Source: Tubulanus polymorphus (lineage: Eukaryota; Animalia; Nemertea). From it: a DNA stretch of 64,000 nt. Positions within the stretch are counted from its first letter, which is position 1, and each line of letters begins with the position of its first letter. The translations under genes and the position numbers were made by a program. Under the pieces are notes generated by a model. That model saw only the letters and a program-made list of their open reading frames with translations. It did not search any database and was not told the DNA's origin. The stretch spans positions 2,356,001 to 2,420,000 of the forward strand of contig NC_134025.1 in assembly GCF_964204645.1 (NCBI RefSeq), in the 5' to 3' direction. Below, one piece after another: positions 1 to 59,830 of the stretch.

Positions 1-188
1 GCGGCTACTGGGCTTTATCCAAAAAGTTCATAATAGTCATTAATAAGCTCATTGGACCAAAAAGCTTAGTCCTCTGGGTTAATTGTCGCTATGTCAATAC
101 TGACCCAGTGATTAATACTTCGATAATTATCAGCTCGACTAGTTTTATGAGACTGAATCAGTTTCAATGTAATAACATCAAAACTTAC

Positions 189-3100
189 TAGATTACTCTT
201 TTTCGGAGTCGATCTCGATTCTCTTAGTTCGTACACTCCTCCACCGACTGATACTTCACGCCACAATCCAGCTTTCGATTGATCGTTGAAACCGCCGACT
301 GGATGCATGATCAACACACCATTAGTCGTTAATCCATCGATTTCTTTTTTATCATTTTGCCACTTGGTGGCTTTTTCCTGAATAGAACATATGAAAAAGA
401 GACTGAGTGAAGTTAATGTTTCAGCCGCTTGAGGGCAACATAATACGTGTATAGAATTATTCATAAAAACCATTAACTCATAATAACAGCAACCCCCCCC
501 CTCTCCACTTCATAGCGCAAATAGATATTAAACTATTCACAATCTATCTGAGTAATAATGCGGCCATTCAATAAGTACATTAATTTAGCCACCAACCCCA
601 ATTTCACAGCCTGGCTGAAGGAAGTTAACACTTACAGTGGCAAATCATCACAAAATATTGTTATTTTTTCATTAGAATCACACTAGATGCTCAGAGATTT
701 ATCCATTTTTTCTTACGGACCAAACCCCCAAAATAACCTATTCATGTACCGAGCACATGTATACAGCTAGGCCTAGGTAGTTTTTGGCACCCTTATTCTG
801 AATTCCTGTATCCTGAATGTATAAATAACGCTTAAAATTGCGCAGTTGCAAATCAGAATAATTTCACCACAGCCTCTAATGACAACCATGCTGTAGTTAA
901 TATAGCTGTATATGAATTTTCTGATGAATCTCTGTATTTTTATATGAACAGCCATATAGATGCGGCTGACTTTCTCTATTAAGGAACCTGGAAGATTGAC
1001 TGCGAACAAAAGGAGCCCGGATAAACGGAATGATGTACAGAATACAGATTATTACTGATTATTCATGTCAGATCCAAACACTATTTGAACGATGTCTTAC
1101 GCGATATGCCGCCGGCTTATACAGCTCGCTATCGACGTAAATATCATAAATACATGTATAAAATTTAGTTCATTCCTACGGAGATATCTAATATGAATAA
1201 GTTCACCCCATAATAACCATTCTTAAATTACAAAATAAACTCATTTCATCGAGCCCTGAATTTCAAACACACGTAAAGCTTTACAGTACACGACCTAAAC
1301 AAAGTCAAGGACGTGCGGATATTTAGAATCTAGGTCACGAGATTGAGTCATAATGCAACTGCTCAAATCTGAGCTTTCGTGTACTAAATATTATAGAGCT
1401 AAACAGAAAAGTTAGCAGCACCCAATGCCACATATTAATACACATTGTACAACGCATTGACTTGTCGTTTACCGCTCTGGCGTTTGGCCAAATTGTTCGT
1501 AATTAATGAGAAAATTAGAACACGAAAACTTTTTACCAATTACAGTCTTACATAAACTAATAAATACAATATATAGGCAAAGTACACTAGGCGTACAATA
1601 GACAAAAATCATGGATCTATGAAGTATTGATATCTAACCGAGTTGTACTTTTAACCTACCCCTAAAAAAATATTTCTGGCCGAATCGAATCCAGCGGCGT
1701 AAATTCGAGCGGTGTACGGAGGAGATCGGTCGACGAGGATTCGACACGCGAAACGCGAGATCGTACTCTGAGAAACGATACAATCTTCGGCTTTCTGAGC
1801 TCCGGGTACCGTGTCTAATACTACGAAATCAATCGGCGATTCGGACGACCGGCCAATCTACAATATACAACTAATAGATTACTGATACTGAATTGTTATT
1901 TTAAAACATGTATCATATACTGGGTTCTTACAGATCAGGGTCCAGTTCCACAGTTGTGAGTTAATATTTGACTCTGAGCTAAAACATTGAAAATGAACTA
2001 ACTTTAACTCAGAGTTAACTCTAACTCACAACTGTGGAACTGGGTCCAGGCAATCCAAGATACCCCGATACTTCGCCGACTCTTGACCAAAAAATTCCCT
2101 TATCGAATTACAAGATAAGCTAAACAAAAAAATGATACCTTGTTTCTCCACATCGGTCAGTTCACTTCTACAACTGCCAGGTCTATTCATTGTTAGCTTG
2201 ATCATGGTTTTTAATAAAGATTAATGTACAGGGTATATAGGCGACCGACTGGGTCAACTTGTAAACTCAGCAGAAATGAGAAACAAGGCATGAAATTTTT
2301 TTTAGCAATATCCTCAGTGGGGGCTGTTTCTGATCAGAAGAGATTCTGTTCTAGAGATTCTTAGTGCCGATCATCACAAGCAAGAACTAGACACCAAAAA
2401 TTCAAATTCCTTGACTTTTCCTCAATTTTCGAGAAAAGAATCCCATGAATTTCCCTGCAGGGAAAAATAATCCGTAATTCCCCGATTTTCCATTATCTGT
2501 AAGAACCCGCTTTATTTAAAGATTCAAGGTAATGGATTGTGGAGGCGAATCAGACAGACAACACTTTGACATTCACAACCACAATTTTAAGCATTTGGCT
2601 GAAAATGAAAAATTCCAAATAATGCTGAGAGAATATCATGTTCTCTTAGAGAGAAACGACTGAGCTCTTAAACGCAGTGATTTATGTGTATGCACTCAGT
2701 AGTAAAATAATATTAACTTTGATCAGCTTATACCATTATATCAGTTTTACGACACGATCTTAATTGAAAAGGGTTTTCTGCGTTTAATCTCACCGGCCGA
2801 CCGGCGCTCAGTTGTTGATATCTCACGATTGTGAGCGTTACATTTAATTAAGAAATAAGTGAGGGGGGAAATCTGTCGCGAAGACAACTAGGAAGGAACC
2901 ATAACAAACCTGAAACATGTCTGTAGTTTCATCAGGTTCATATTCGATGACGACGGCTTGATTTCGAGACAATGTGTATGATACAGCGGCACAATTACTG
3001 TCTAAAACAGCCTGGAAAATAATTCATATATTCATGAAACATTCCAGCCATGTGTAATGATAGGGATTCGGGTTTCATTGAAGTTGAAACTGCCAACTGA

Positions 3101-6100
3101 CATTCTACCGTACTTTCTGTGAAATATGCATGCCCTTTCTACCCTGTACATTTTTTACATCGTACAGCCCACTAACATCACTCGCAACATTAGCATGTTC
3201 GAGGTTACTTTTTACCCCTCAACCCACCGAGCACCAACACCCAGGCCATTTTTATCCTAAAATAGGGATTGACCTTGTTATTTATTTAACCCTTTCAGTG
3301 CTGACTAATCAATACCCTATAGTGCTGGAGATAATTTGAAAAATTCCACCCTAGTTTGTTGAATAACGGGAATATCACTATAGTGCGTCTACACCGCGGC
3401 GCGATGTATCGTTAGTTACTAATATTTCACTATGTTTGACAGGTGCTGCCATCTTTCAATAGAGATAAAAACTAACTACTAATAACATCAATACACCGCA
3501 GTGCCGTGTACTAGCAAAATCTACTACTGATTCATACACCGCACTGTGGTGTAAACACACTGCGGTGTACACACACTGAAAGGGTTAATAATTATTCAGA
3601 GGTTTCATTCTCCCTCAGAGGTACAAAAACCAACAAAGGTCCACTGTCCGAGAATGTTGCCACTAGAATTTGACCCAATGAACTCCGGATTGATAAAGCG
3701 ATCAAGACCGAAGGCTCAACCCATCGACCACTTCATAACAAGCTCCCAATGAGTTTTTCTATTCTATCTATTACTGCTAGTGACATAAAAATCCACGAAT
3801 ATGAATGTATTTTCAGTATTGACCACAATCAATTCACTCACTCCACGTAACATGTATTTCTACCTTCACTTCACTAAATACCGAGCATCATTGAATCAAT
3901 AATGGTTTCTACATGAAAACCAATTTATTGCTTCCTGCTCTAGAATTTCTAAGCTGACATTTTTCAGCATACAACAGCACTAAGCAGCTTTTTCGTCAAT
4001 TTATCAAAGTCTACGAAGGTTGTGTCAGATCGTCGGGAGATAGAACCCATAAACAATAACACATTCTACTACAAAACAAATTTGAGTTATTTTCTCGTAA
4101 AAATAACGTATTCAATGAACTGGACTGAGAGACTGCTTTTAGCCGTTCATCGTTCATCGTGTGGTCATTGATAGAAAGCACTGAACCGGTATCAGGCAAA
4201 CAATGAAAACACAGTTGATTAAGAGCATAAAGATTGTATCGGGAAGAGAGGGGCTGACAACGGAATGATCATACTATAGAATAGACATGGTCAGTTGTCA
4301 GTAGTTTCACCTGATAAGTTCACACGGTTATCAGTTGTTGTATCGTTACCTGGGGAATACATCAACATACAATCCAGGCACTCACATCCGTTATAAGCAC
4401 CTGTAACGTCGACTCATCTAACAGACTCATGAGGAGTTTTTTCTCCTCCAATACAATTAAACTGTGATCCTCTGCATACCTCTACAACTGTCATACCTCT
4501 GCATACCTCTACAACTGTCATACCTCTACATTTCTCTACGACTGTCATAACCCTACATTCCCCTACAACTGTCATTCCCTACATTCCTCTACAACTGTCA
4601 TTCCCTACATTCCTCTACGACTGTCATACCCTCAATTCCCCTACAACTGTCATACCCTCAATTCCTCTACAACTGTCATTCCCTACATTCCTCTACGACT
4701 GTCATTCCCTACATTCCCCTACAACTGTCATTCCCTACATTCCTCTACGACTGTCATACCCTCAATTCCCCTACAACTGTCATACCCTCAATTCCTCTAC
4801 AACTGTCATTCCCTACATTCCTCTACGACTGTCATTCCCTACATTCCCCTACAACTGTCATACCCTCAATTCCTCTACAACTGTCATTCCCTACATTCCC
4901 CTACAACTGTCATTCCCTACATTCCTCTACAACTGTCATACCTCTACATTTCTCTACAACTGTCATAACCCTCAATTCCCCTACAACTGTCATTCCCTCA
5001 ATTCCTCTACAACTGTCATTCCCTACATTCCTCTACGACTGTCATTCCCTACATTCCTCTACGACTGTCATTCCCTCAATTCCCCTACAACTGTCATTCC
5101 CTCAATTCCTCTACAACTGTCATTCCCTACATTCCTCTACGACTGTCATTCCCTACATTCCCCTACAACTGTCATTCCCTCAATTCCTCTACAACTGTCA
5201 TTCCCTACATTCCTCTACGACTGTCATTCCCTACATTCCCCTACAACTGTCATACCCTCAATTCCTCTACAACTGTCATTCCCTACATTCCTCTACAACT
5301 GTCATTCCCTACATTCCTCTACGACTGTCATACCCTACATTCCTCTACAACTGTCATACCTCTACATTCCTCTACGACTGTCATTCCCTCAATTCCCCTA
5401 CAACTGTCATACCCTCAATTCCTCTACAACTGTCATTCCCTACATTCCTCTACAACTGTCATTCCCTACATTCCTCTACGACTGTCATTCCCTCAATTCC
5501 CCTACAACTGTCATACCCTCAATTCCTCTACAACTGTCATTCCCTACATTCCTCTACGACTGTCATTCCCTCAATTCCCCTACAACTGTCATACCCTCAA
5601 TTCCTCTACAACTGTCATTCCCTACATTCCTCTACAACTGTCATTCCCTACATTCCTCTACAACTGTCATTCCCTACATTCCTCTACGACTGTCATTCCC
5701 TCAATTCCCCTACAACTGTCATACCCTCAATTCCTCTACAACTGTCATACCCTCAATTCCTCTACAACTGTCATTCCCTACATTCCTCTACAACTGTCAT
5801 TCCCTACATTCCTCTACAACTGTCATAACCCTACATTCCTCTACGAGTCATGCTCTACATTTCTCTAATCTTTAAGTCATCTCCATCGCGTCTGTTTAAA
5901 GCCGTTACTATAGCGACAATAACAAAATTGTCAAAGGAATAATCGAAATGACTAATTTGCGATTGACGATGATAAGAAGAAGAGATCCAGTAACAGGTCA
6001 CAGTCACAGTTAGTGATGATGAGTCACAACGTTTCATTTTACCTTCGCCGTTTGAGGATTCTTAACTACATGTTTTTTTCCGGGTTTCACTCCGTTCGAT

Positions 6101-9100
6101 TTTGGTCGTTTCAGCAACGAAAACTTGCTGCGTCTTCGACCTTTATCACCTTCGGGTAACGATCCATTATACCTGAAATCGGGACAATCGTCGTAATATA
6201 AAACAGCCTCACACGCGATCAAGTGAACAACAATTTCACAACTCGTTTTCAAAGAAAATTGATCGAAGCTGGTGTTTGCTGAATTAATGCTTCGATTGGA
6301 TTAAACTCTTTATGGAAAATACAACAAAAAAAAAAAATTTGCTCTCAAAAAGTTCGAATTTTCAAAAACTATGTAGGTCTATACAAAATGTATAATAAAT
6401 GATTACAGTCAACTGATATTAATCTCAGTGTAGGGTTAACGAATAAAAAACCACAGTAGATCTATAGTTAGTTGTACTATCAGTTATACCATGGACGTAT
6501 AAACTAGATCTAGTTTATACGTCCATGGTTATACTATGACACTTGAATCTAGTCTAATTCTCTAGTAGGTTGTTGTACAACATACAATAAAATATTCAAT
6601 AGTAAATACATACCCCAAGACAATCAACTCCCCGAACTTCAAAGGAGACTTGATCTTTTTGTTCTCCTTTTTACTGTCACCGTCCCTAAAATGAAATCAA
6701 CACATATTTAAATGTTTAAACGACCTAATGACAATATTCAACAAAGAGACACGGTGGATACCGTAAAGTTTGCACCATCTTCAGCCGATACACGAATACA
6801 ACACACTGAATTCTATCAGTAATGAACCAAACGCTTCATTTCTTGGAAATGAATTGCAGTGTTCAATGATCGGGAATAAGTCAGTAAAACGTTCCGAGAA
6901 ATAGTCACTTTGTTTGTACGTTGTAACAAGTTGTAACTCGCCTACTCATTATTAACTAATGTGACCTGAATAGAAAGCGTGGAGTTACTCATACAGCCGT
7001 CCCTTCGCAACATGATGACTATCTTTCTTTAAACCATGTACTTGGAGTAGTCAAATGATTACTCCAAGAACAGTGGAGCCCGCGTTTTTACAATGTCCGG
7101 GCATGACACTAGCGTCTAGTCATGTGGCTTATTTTTTTAGCAGGTCCTTGCTTGAATATTTTCTACAAAATGTTTAAACAACTTGTTTACATATAAATTG
7201 TTATTCACTATAGGCTGATACCAATTGTTTAAACATTTTGATTGAAGTTGCGAGATAAAACTGATTGACCGGTGAATATTGCAACATTCTCTGAATTGTC
7301 ACAGTTCACGTATGATGTTCTGGAAGTCGAATATGAATCTCTATTTTGGAATATTTTACGCGTTGGTCGTGTTTGAATTGGTAGAAGCGCTCGAGGTAAG
7401 AGATTCGTCGTCTTACGTGAAACGTTTTGCGCATGAAAATACATTTGAAGAATTGGACGACATCAAGGCAAAATCGGAAGAATTGTTTGTAAACAAACGA
7501 GGTGTGATAACCGAAACAGATAGAAAGATGATTGTCAATATGCACAATGAAATACGACAACGGGTACCTGCGACTGATATGTTGAAAATGTACTGGAATG
7601 GAAAACTGGCTGATGCTGCAAAACAATGGGCGGAAAAATGTATATTTAAAAACAACGATGGCCCTATGTTTAAATTAGGAATGAATATTATTAAACCAGG
7701 GATGAATATTGCTGGTTCTTCATCCGCTGGTGACTGGCGAGATGCTATAACAGCTTGGGGAAAAGAAGTAAAAGATTTCGAATATGGCCGAAAAAGCACC
7801 GTAACAACCGGTCATTACACACAAATGATCAAGTCATCCTCTAACCTAATCGGGTGTGGTTTTCAAAAATGTCCGAGTATAAACTTCTTTGTTTGTTATT
7901 ATGGCCCACAAAACCAGTTTCCGTCCGACTTATTACGACCATATACACCTGGTTTAAAAGGCAAAGCTTGTCCATCAAGAGTAAGAGACGGACTGTGCGA
8001 TTGTAGAACAGTCATTTGTGCAGATGGTAAACATTTGGACCCAGAAACGTGTAAGTGTCAATGAGCGTCTTCAAGATTTGCTGCTAATGAAACATCACCA
8101 TGTGTCGAATAACTTTATCTTTATTACTGCCAAAAAGTGCACTGTTATTCAAAGGATGATTAGTTTAACAGTGAAATAAAAGGTTATGGTATTAAAAAGT
8201 AAGTCTGAATACTTTATCAATGTGAGCTGAATAGAATAATGGAGTTACTCATAACTGTGACACAAGATGACTATTCAAAAGTCAGACAGGTAGAATTCCT
8301 AAATCGTGATTGTGAAGTATTTTTTCGATTAGAGGGTCCACAACAATCAGTAATAGAAAGACACAGTCTAAAGATTTTGCGGGGGGGGGGGGGGGGGGAG
8401 GGAGATATCTCGTACTACTCTAAAAATAATACATTAAATACAAATTTAATTCACTAACATTATAAAAATAATGAACTCACATTGTAATGTGGGAAATTTT
8501 TCTAACAGGTCCTCCAACTTTTATTTTTCATTTTTCTCTGTGAAATGTTTTAACAACTGGTTTACATTGTCAACTAAAAAGGTAGCCCTCTATACCTATG
8601 CAAACCAGTTGTTTAAACATTTTTATTCACGATACTTTCGTTACGGGTTTAAAACGGGACAACTGTAGAATCCTGCATCAATTGAATAGTCACATTTACC
8701 CGAACGGCTACAACGTTCCTCAAGTCGAATATGAATCTCTATTTGGGAATATTTTACGCGTTGATCGTGTTTGAATTGGTAGAAGCGCTCGAGGTAAGAG
8801 ATTCATCATCTCACGTTTAACGTTTTGCTCCGAATGTAGATAGTATGGATAGAACGATGATCGTTGATTTACACAATGATCTACGACGTAAAGTATCCCC
8901 TCCTGCAATTGATATGCTGAAAATGTTCTGGAACGAAGAACTCGCGCAAGCTGCACAAGAATGGGCGGACAGGTGTGAATTTCGACCCCATTGAATGTCC
9001 TAGATGAAACAAACCTAGGAATAAATTTAGTCGTTCAATCATATTTCGGATGGTACGGAGCTTTGAAAACTTGGCGCGACGAAGGCGCAGATTTTATTCA

Positions 9101-9990
9101 TGGTGAAAGAAGCCCCGAAACGGTTCACTACGCGCAGATGGTTTAATCAACGGCTTATCGAATCGGATGCGGTTTGAAACAATGTCCGAATGAAAATTAC
9201 TTTTATGTCTGCTATTACGGGCCACGAGGCCAGCATCCTACCGACACTGCTCCGCCATATACAGCCGGCCCAACGGGTTCAGCATGTCCATCGACACTAG
9301 AAGATGGACTGTGCAATTGTGGAACCAACGCATGTTTAAACGATGCACAGTTGGACCCATATACGTGCAGCTGTCCTAATGGGCCGGTCCTAATCTAATT
9401 TATATTTGGTAATAATTGTCTACGAACGTAAGCAAGATTTAGATATGAAAAATAGATCGTTATTCCTGCTGAAAATTGCACTTAATTGTATTTTTAAGGT
9501 AATTTAACGATGATGAAATAAAAGGTTATGGTATTAAAACCCTATCTTTGCTAAGTCTCGAATTTTCAGTCTGTGACTTTTTTACAGCGTGACTGTGACT
9601 TTTGAAACTAGCCTATAGCCTGTCATTGATTTGACTGACTGACTGATTGTTGACACACAGTCCTTTGGATCCAGTTCACTTATTTTAGGTGTAGTCATCA
9701 CGAGTCATCGTGCCAACCCAAATCCATTCTAACAACAAGTGAACAATTAAAAAGACGGATTGTGCGGGGGAGGTCGTCGTGCCTTGGGTGCAGTGGAAAA
9801 AACTGACAGAATCAGAGAGTAGAGAGCTAGAGTCTAATATTAATTTAATTTAATTTAATATTAGTGTAGACTGCAGTGAGTGTAGTAGTCAGCAGGAGAA
9901 CGCTAGAAGGATCTACTACTTGACTGGAGGAGGAAAAGAGTAAAGAGATGGATTAGGAGAATATACTCACTTTTTCGGTGTGTCGGGCAT
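189..9990 (-). CDS. PELI: Pellino E3 ubiquitin ligase, 5' part (FHA-containing N-terminal region). Exons 9971-9990, 6614-6685, 6043-6172, 2910-3011, 1660-1857, 189-377; continues beyond left edge
   Basis: Spliced translation [61 protein letters not shown]...[53 protein letters not shown]...[42 protein letters not shown]...[13 protein letters not shown]...WREVSV matches Pellino motifs; all junctions GT-AG with consistent phases. The 20-nt first exon is the least certain. Confidence 0.95.
1922..2509. mobile_element. Non-autonomous DNA transposon (GGGTTCTTACAGA...TCTGTAAGAACCC termini, hAT-like) carrying two nested MITEs (1939-2046, 2119-2306)
   Basis: 13-bp terminal inverted repeats; related copies at ~13765-14015, ~32554-32790, ~37160-37350, ~37835-38050. 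Confidence 0.6.
1939..2046. mobile_element. Palindromic MITE with CAG target duplication (PIF/Harbinger-like)
   Basis: GGTCCAGTTCCACAGTTGTGAGTTA...TAACTCACAACTGTGGAACTGGGTC flanked by CAG/CAG; relatives at ~16540-16660, 18425-18532, ~53178-53265, ~56860-56940. Confidence 0.7.
3290..3584 (+). mobile_element. piggyBac-like MITE, copy 1
   Basis: TTAA|CCCTTTCAGTG ... CACTGAAAGGG|TTAA: TTAA target duplication and CCC/GGG termini; internal sequence shared with copies at 15366-15653 and 52405-52692. Confidence 0.85.
4470..5846. repeat. 26-bp minisatellite, about 53 copies (CTCTACAACTGTCATTCCCTACATTC and variants), in Pellino intron 3
   Basis: Directly visible head-to-tail array with a few recurrent biallelic variant positions; no unique spacers. 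Confidence 0.95.
6488..6529. repeat. Perfect 42-bp palindrome
   Basis: ACCATGGACGTATAAACTAGA|TCTAGTTTATACGTCCATGGT. Confidence 0.9.
7333..8064 (+). CDS. Secreted CAP-superfamily (SCP/CRISP/venom allergen-like) protein, single coding exon, nested antisense in Pellino intron 1
   Basis: Signal-peptide-like [19 protein letters not shown]; [47 protein letters not shown] motifs; Cys-rich tail; AATAAA at 8175-8180. Start at 7333 chosen because the paralog starts at the equivalent ATG. Confidence 0.9.
   Translation: MNLYFGIFYALVVFELVEALEVRDSSSYVKRFAHENTFEELDDIKAKSEELFVNKRGVITETDRKMIVNMHNEIRQRVPATDMLKMYWNGKLADAAKQWAEKCIFKNNDGPMFKLGMNIIKPGMNIAGSSSAGDWRDAITAWGKEVKDFEYGRKSTVTTGHYTQMIKSSSNLIGCGFQKCPSINFFVCYYGPQNQFPSDLLRPYTPGLKGKACPSRVRDGLCDCRTVICADGKHLDPETCKCQ
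8731..9398 (+). pseudogene. CAP-superfamily pseudogene, tandem paralog of 7333-8064
   Basis: Near-identical signal peptide; TAA at 8818-8820 (AAA in paralog); frameshift near 8985-8994; second TAA at 9144-9146; retains LHNDLRR, HYAQMV, IGCG, YVCYYGP; shares the 3' GAAATAAAAGGTTATGGTATTAAAA block. Confidence 0.85.
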
Positions 9991-9999
9991 CACTCTGAC

Positions 10000-10620
10000 A
10001 GCAGGTCACTAGCCACACAGCACATACAACACGGGCAACATTAATCCTGCTAAATTCATCTATATATTATCAATCTGTGATCACGAATCTTTAATTCAAG
10101 CTTTTGTTTCGAGAAAAGTGCACAATATCAACATTACAGGTGGCGCTGTAGTCTAATGAAAAATAGATCAACTAAATTGAAAACAAGTCGCTATTTGCAA
10201 ATTCCTGCTTAAAGTTTTTTTCTCATCATGTTCACCATGGATTGATAAATTTCAGCTGAGAAAATTTATCTAGATGAACTGAATTGAAGAAATTCCACCT
10301 TCCAAGCCAAAAATTGTTTTTTCAGCGAACACAACGTTTCGGCCGGCCAATATAAATTCAATCAAATTAACTTTATTTATACTAGTTGTAGTATAAATTA
10401 ATGGGATAGGGACCACAAATTTAAACACGAAACTTATAACGAATATGCTTTGGATATGATAAAGTGTTCAATTCAATACAAATTTTTGTACAAAAGAGAA
10501 GAGCCGGAAGTAATAGGCGGCGCGTGAAGGATTGTGGGAAGGTAGACTCATTTCCGGGTTGTTGAATAGATGAACGACCAGATGAACACAGCTCACTTAC
10601 TCACAGCTCACTCACGACTC
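10000..10620. promoter_or_regulatory. Probable divergent promoter region between Pellino and dynein heavy chain
   Basis: Head-to-head gene arrangement; ETS-type CCGGAAGT at 10504-10511 followed by GGCGGCGCG; CTCF-core-like AGGTGGCGCT at 10138-10147; the dynein first coding exon has an acceptor at 12448, implying an upstream non-coding exon. Confidence 0.4.
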
Positions 10621-12529
10621 GTATAGTTTGTCCTCCTATTCTATTCAAGCGCGTGAGTGTTGACCTTATGCTTGTCAATTTGATTGCGCACTAATTCTCG
10701 TCATTGTTGAATATCCTATCTTTGCTGAATTTTCTTTTCAGTCAGTCTGCCAGTGCCATTTTCAGTCGTGTCAGGTGTAATTTTGCTCCGGTTGGGGCGG
10801 GGCAAAATCGAAGTGTACAATACCTGCTGAATAGTAGTACACCTACAAGGAAGCCTGGGTGCACACCACCGATCACTTAAATCGAATGTCCCTAGGAATA
10901 TAAGCTTAAATGCCAAACTTATATGTCAGACCTGTGACAGTACCATGAATCTTAATTAATTTTAAATCCAAGCAGGCTACAGCAGTAGACAGGTCGAGTT
11001 TTTAAGTGGGCGTCTTTAGTAAAAGTCAAGGAATATAATTAACGGCTTCATCATTCCTTTGAAGCCTGTTTGCTTATTTTCTAATGAAAAACTCCTAATT
11101 TAAAAGGATTAGTTAAAGTCACAGACAGTGGAGTGTACTCTTTACTTCGACTGATCGATTGATCAGCCTCCAAAACATTCTGTGTTACAATCACATTCTG
11201 GCAGCCCTATCAAGCACTTCATTCATCATCTAGGACTAGACCCTAAATGTATTATCCTTCCCACTACTTCAGCAGTATAAATCCAGTGAATTACTGTATA
11301 ATTTGGGATTAAGGTACTATTGAGCCCTTAGCCTAACAAATGGAGATGAGGAACTGCTCTACTTTGTGATTGGTCTGATGATAATGATATGATATTTTCA
11401 GTGATCCAGTCATGCTTGACTGGTCACCATACCTGAATGGTCACCACTGCTGATCAGACAAACTAACACATATCACCCACCCTGACTTGGTGGTCCAGTG
11501 GTTATTTCAAAGGGTTTGAAAGCTGGAGGCCCAGGTTCAAATCCCACCCGAGACAATCTAGGGTTAGAGTTATTACTGAGCTAGATCAAGATTATTGATT
11601 AAATGTGAGATGACCAAACGTTAAACTTTTAAATGTTTTCACATTATTTATGTCAATAGAAATGTATTCTTCCTTTATCAAGATGCGTCAGTTCATTCCA
11701 GTTCACTTTGTCCAGTACTTCATTGCCGTAGGTTCCAGGTTTAAAATCCCGGAAGCATCAGGTTCATTTCAAGAATATCATCCCTTGAAGAAATACCTTT
11801 TCCCTGACATAAAAGAATTGGACCTTAAAAACTACCCTCACTGAAATAAGAGAACTGCAATAAAAACTCCTACTGAAATGAAAATCCCAACACATTTCAA
11901 ATAATATTTTTTCAGTTTGTATACTCAATAAAACAAACACTCATACTGACTGCACTACTGCAATACTCATATAGGCAACTTCAGCACTTCGAATAGTGAA
12001 TATCTGAAATTCTCTACCTGATGATGTTGTATCATGCGAATCACTAGACCTATTCAAGAAAAAACTCGACAAGCAATGGACAAATTACGAACTGAAATTT
12101 AATTATAAAGCAAAATGAACTGAAACTAGTCTATCCCCTTTTAGCAGCGCACTACGACGCAGATAACGGACTATGTACAGCTAACCAGTGCAAGATCGCA
12201 GAGCGGTCACTCACTTATATGCTGATACTGATACTGATACTGCAGTTCAATATCTAGCCAATAGCTGGAAAAACAACCAATGTTTGAAATGATTTGTTTA
12301 CATTCCAAGACTTATAACAATCATCATTCAATTTATACATTTTCATCAGGGAACCCAATAAACCAAAACAATACAGGCATCATTTCAATCAACCTCATAA
12401 AACAATGCTTTTTTTGATATATTCTTATATTAATCTATCTTTTACAGGTTTACCTTTGCATTCTGTGATTTATAAGAAAAAAAAGAAGAAAGACTATCTT
12501 TGGTGAGACAAAGTTGAAAGGCCATCGAT

Positions 12530-59830
<47,301 letters not shown>

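Noticed and set aside
4470-5846. CRISPR-like regular array
   Set aside because: Head-to-tail repeats without unique spacers, eukaryotic context, no cas genes: minisatellite
7279-7332. ORF-track start of the CAP gene at 7279
   Set aside because: Non-ATG start; the signal peptide and homology to the paralog begin at ATG 7333
11486-11555. tRNA gene (A box TGGTCCAGTGG, B box GGTTCAAATCC)
   Set aside because: Acceptor and anticodon stems do not pair convincingly; more likely a degenerate SINE head
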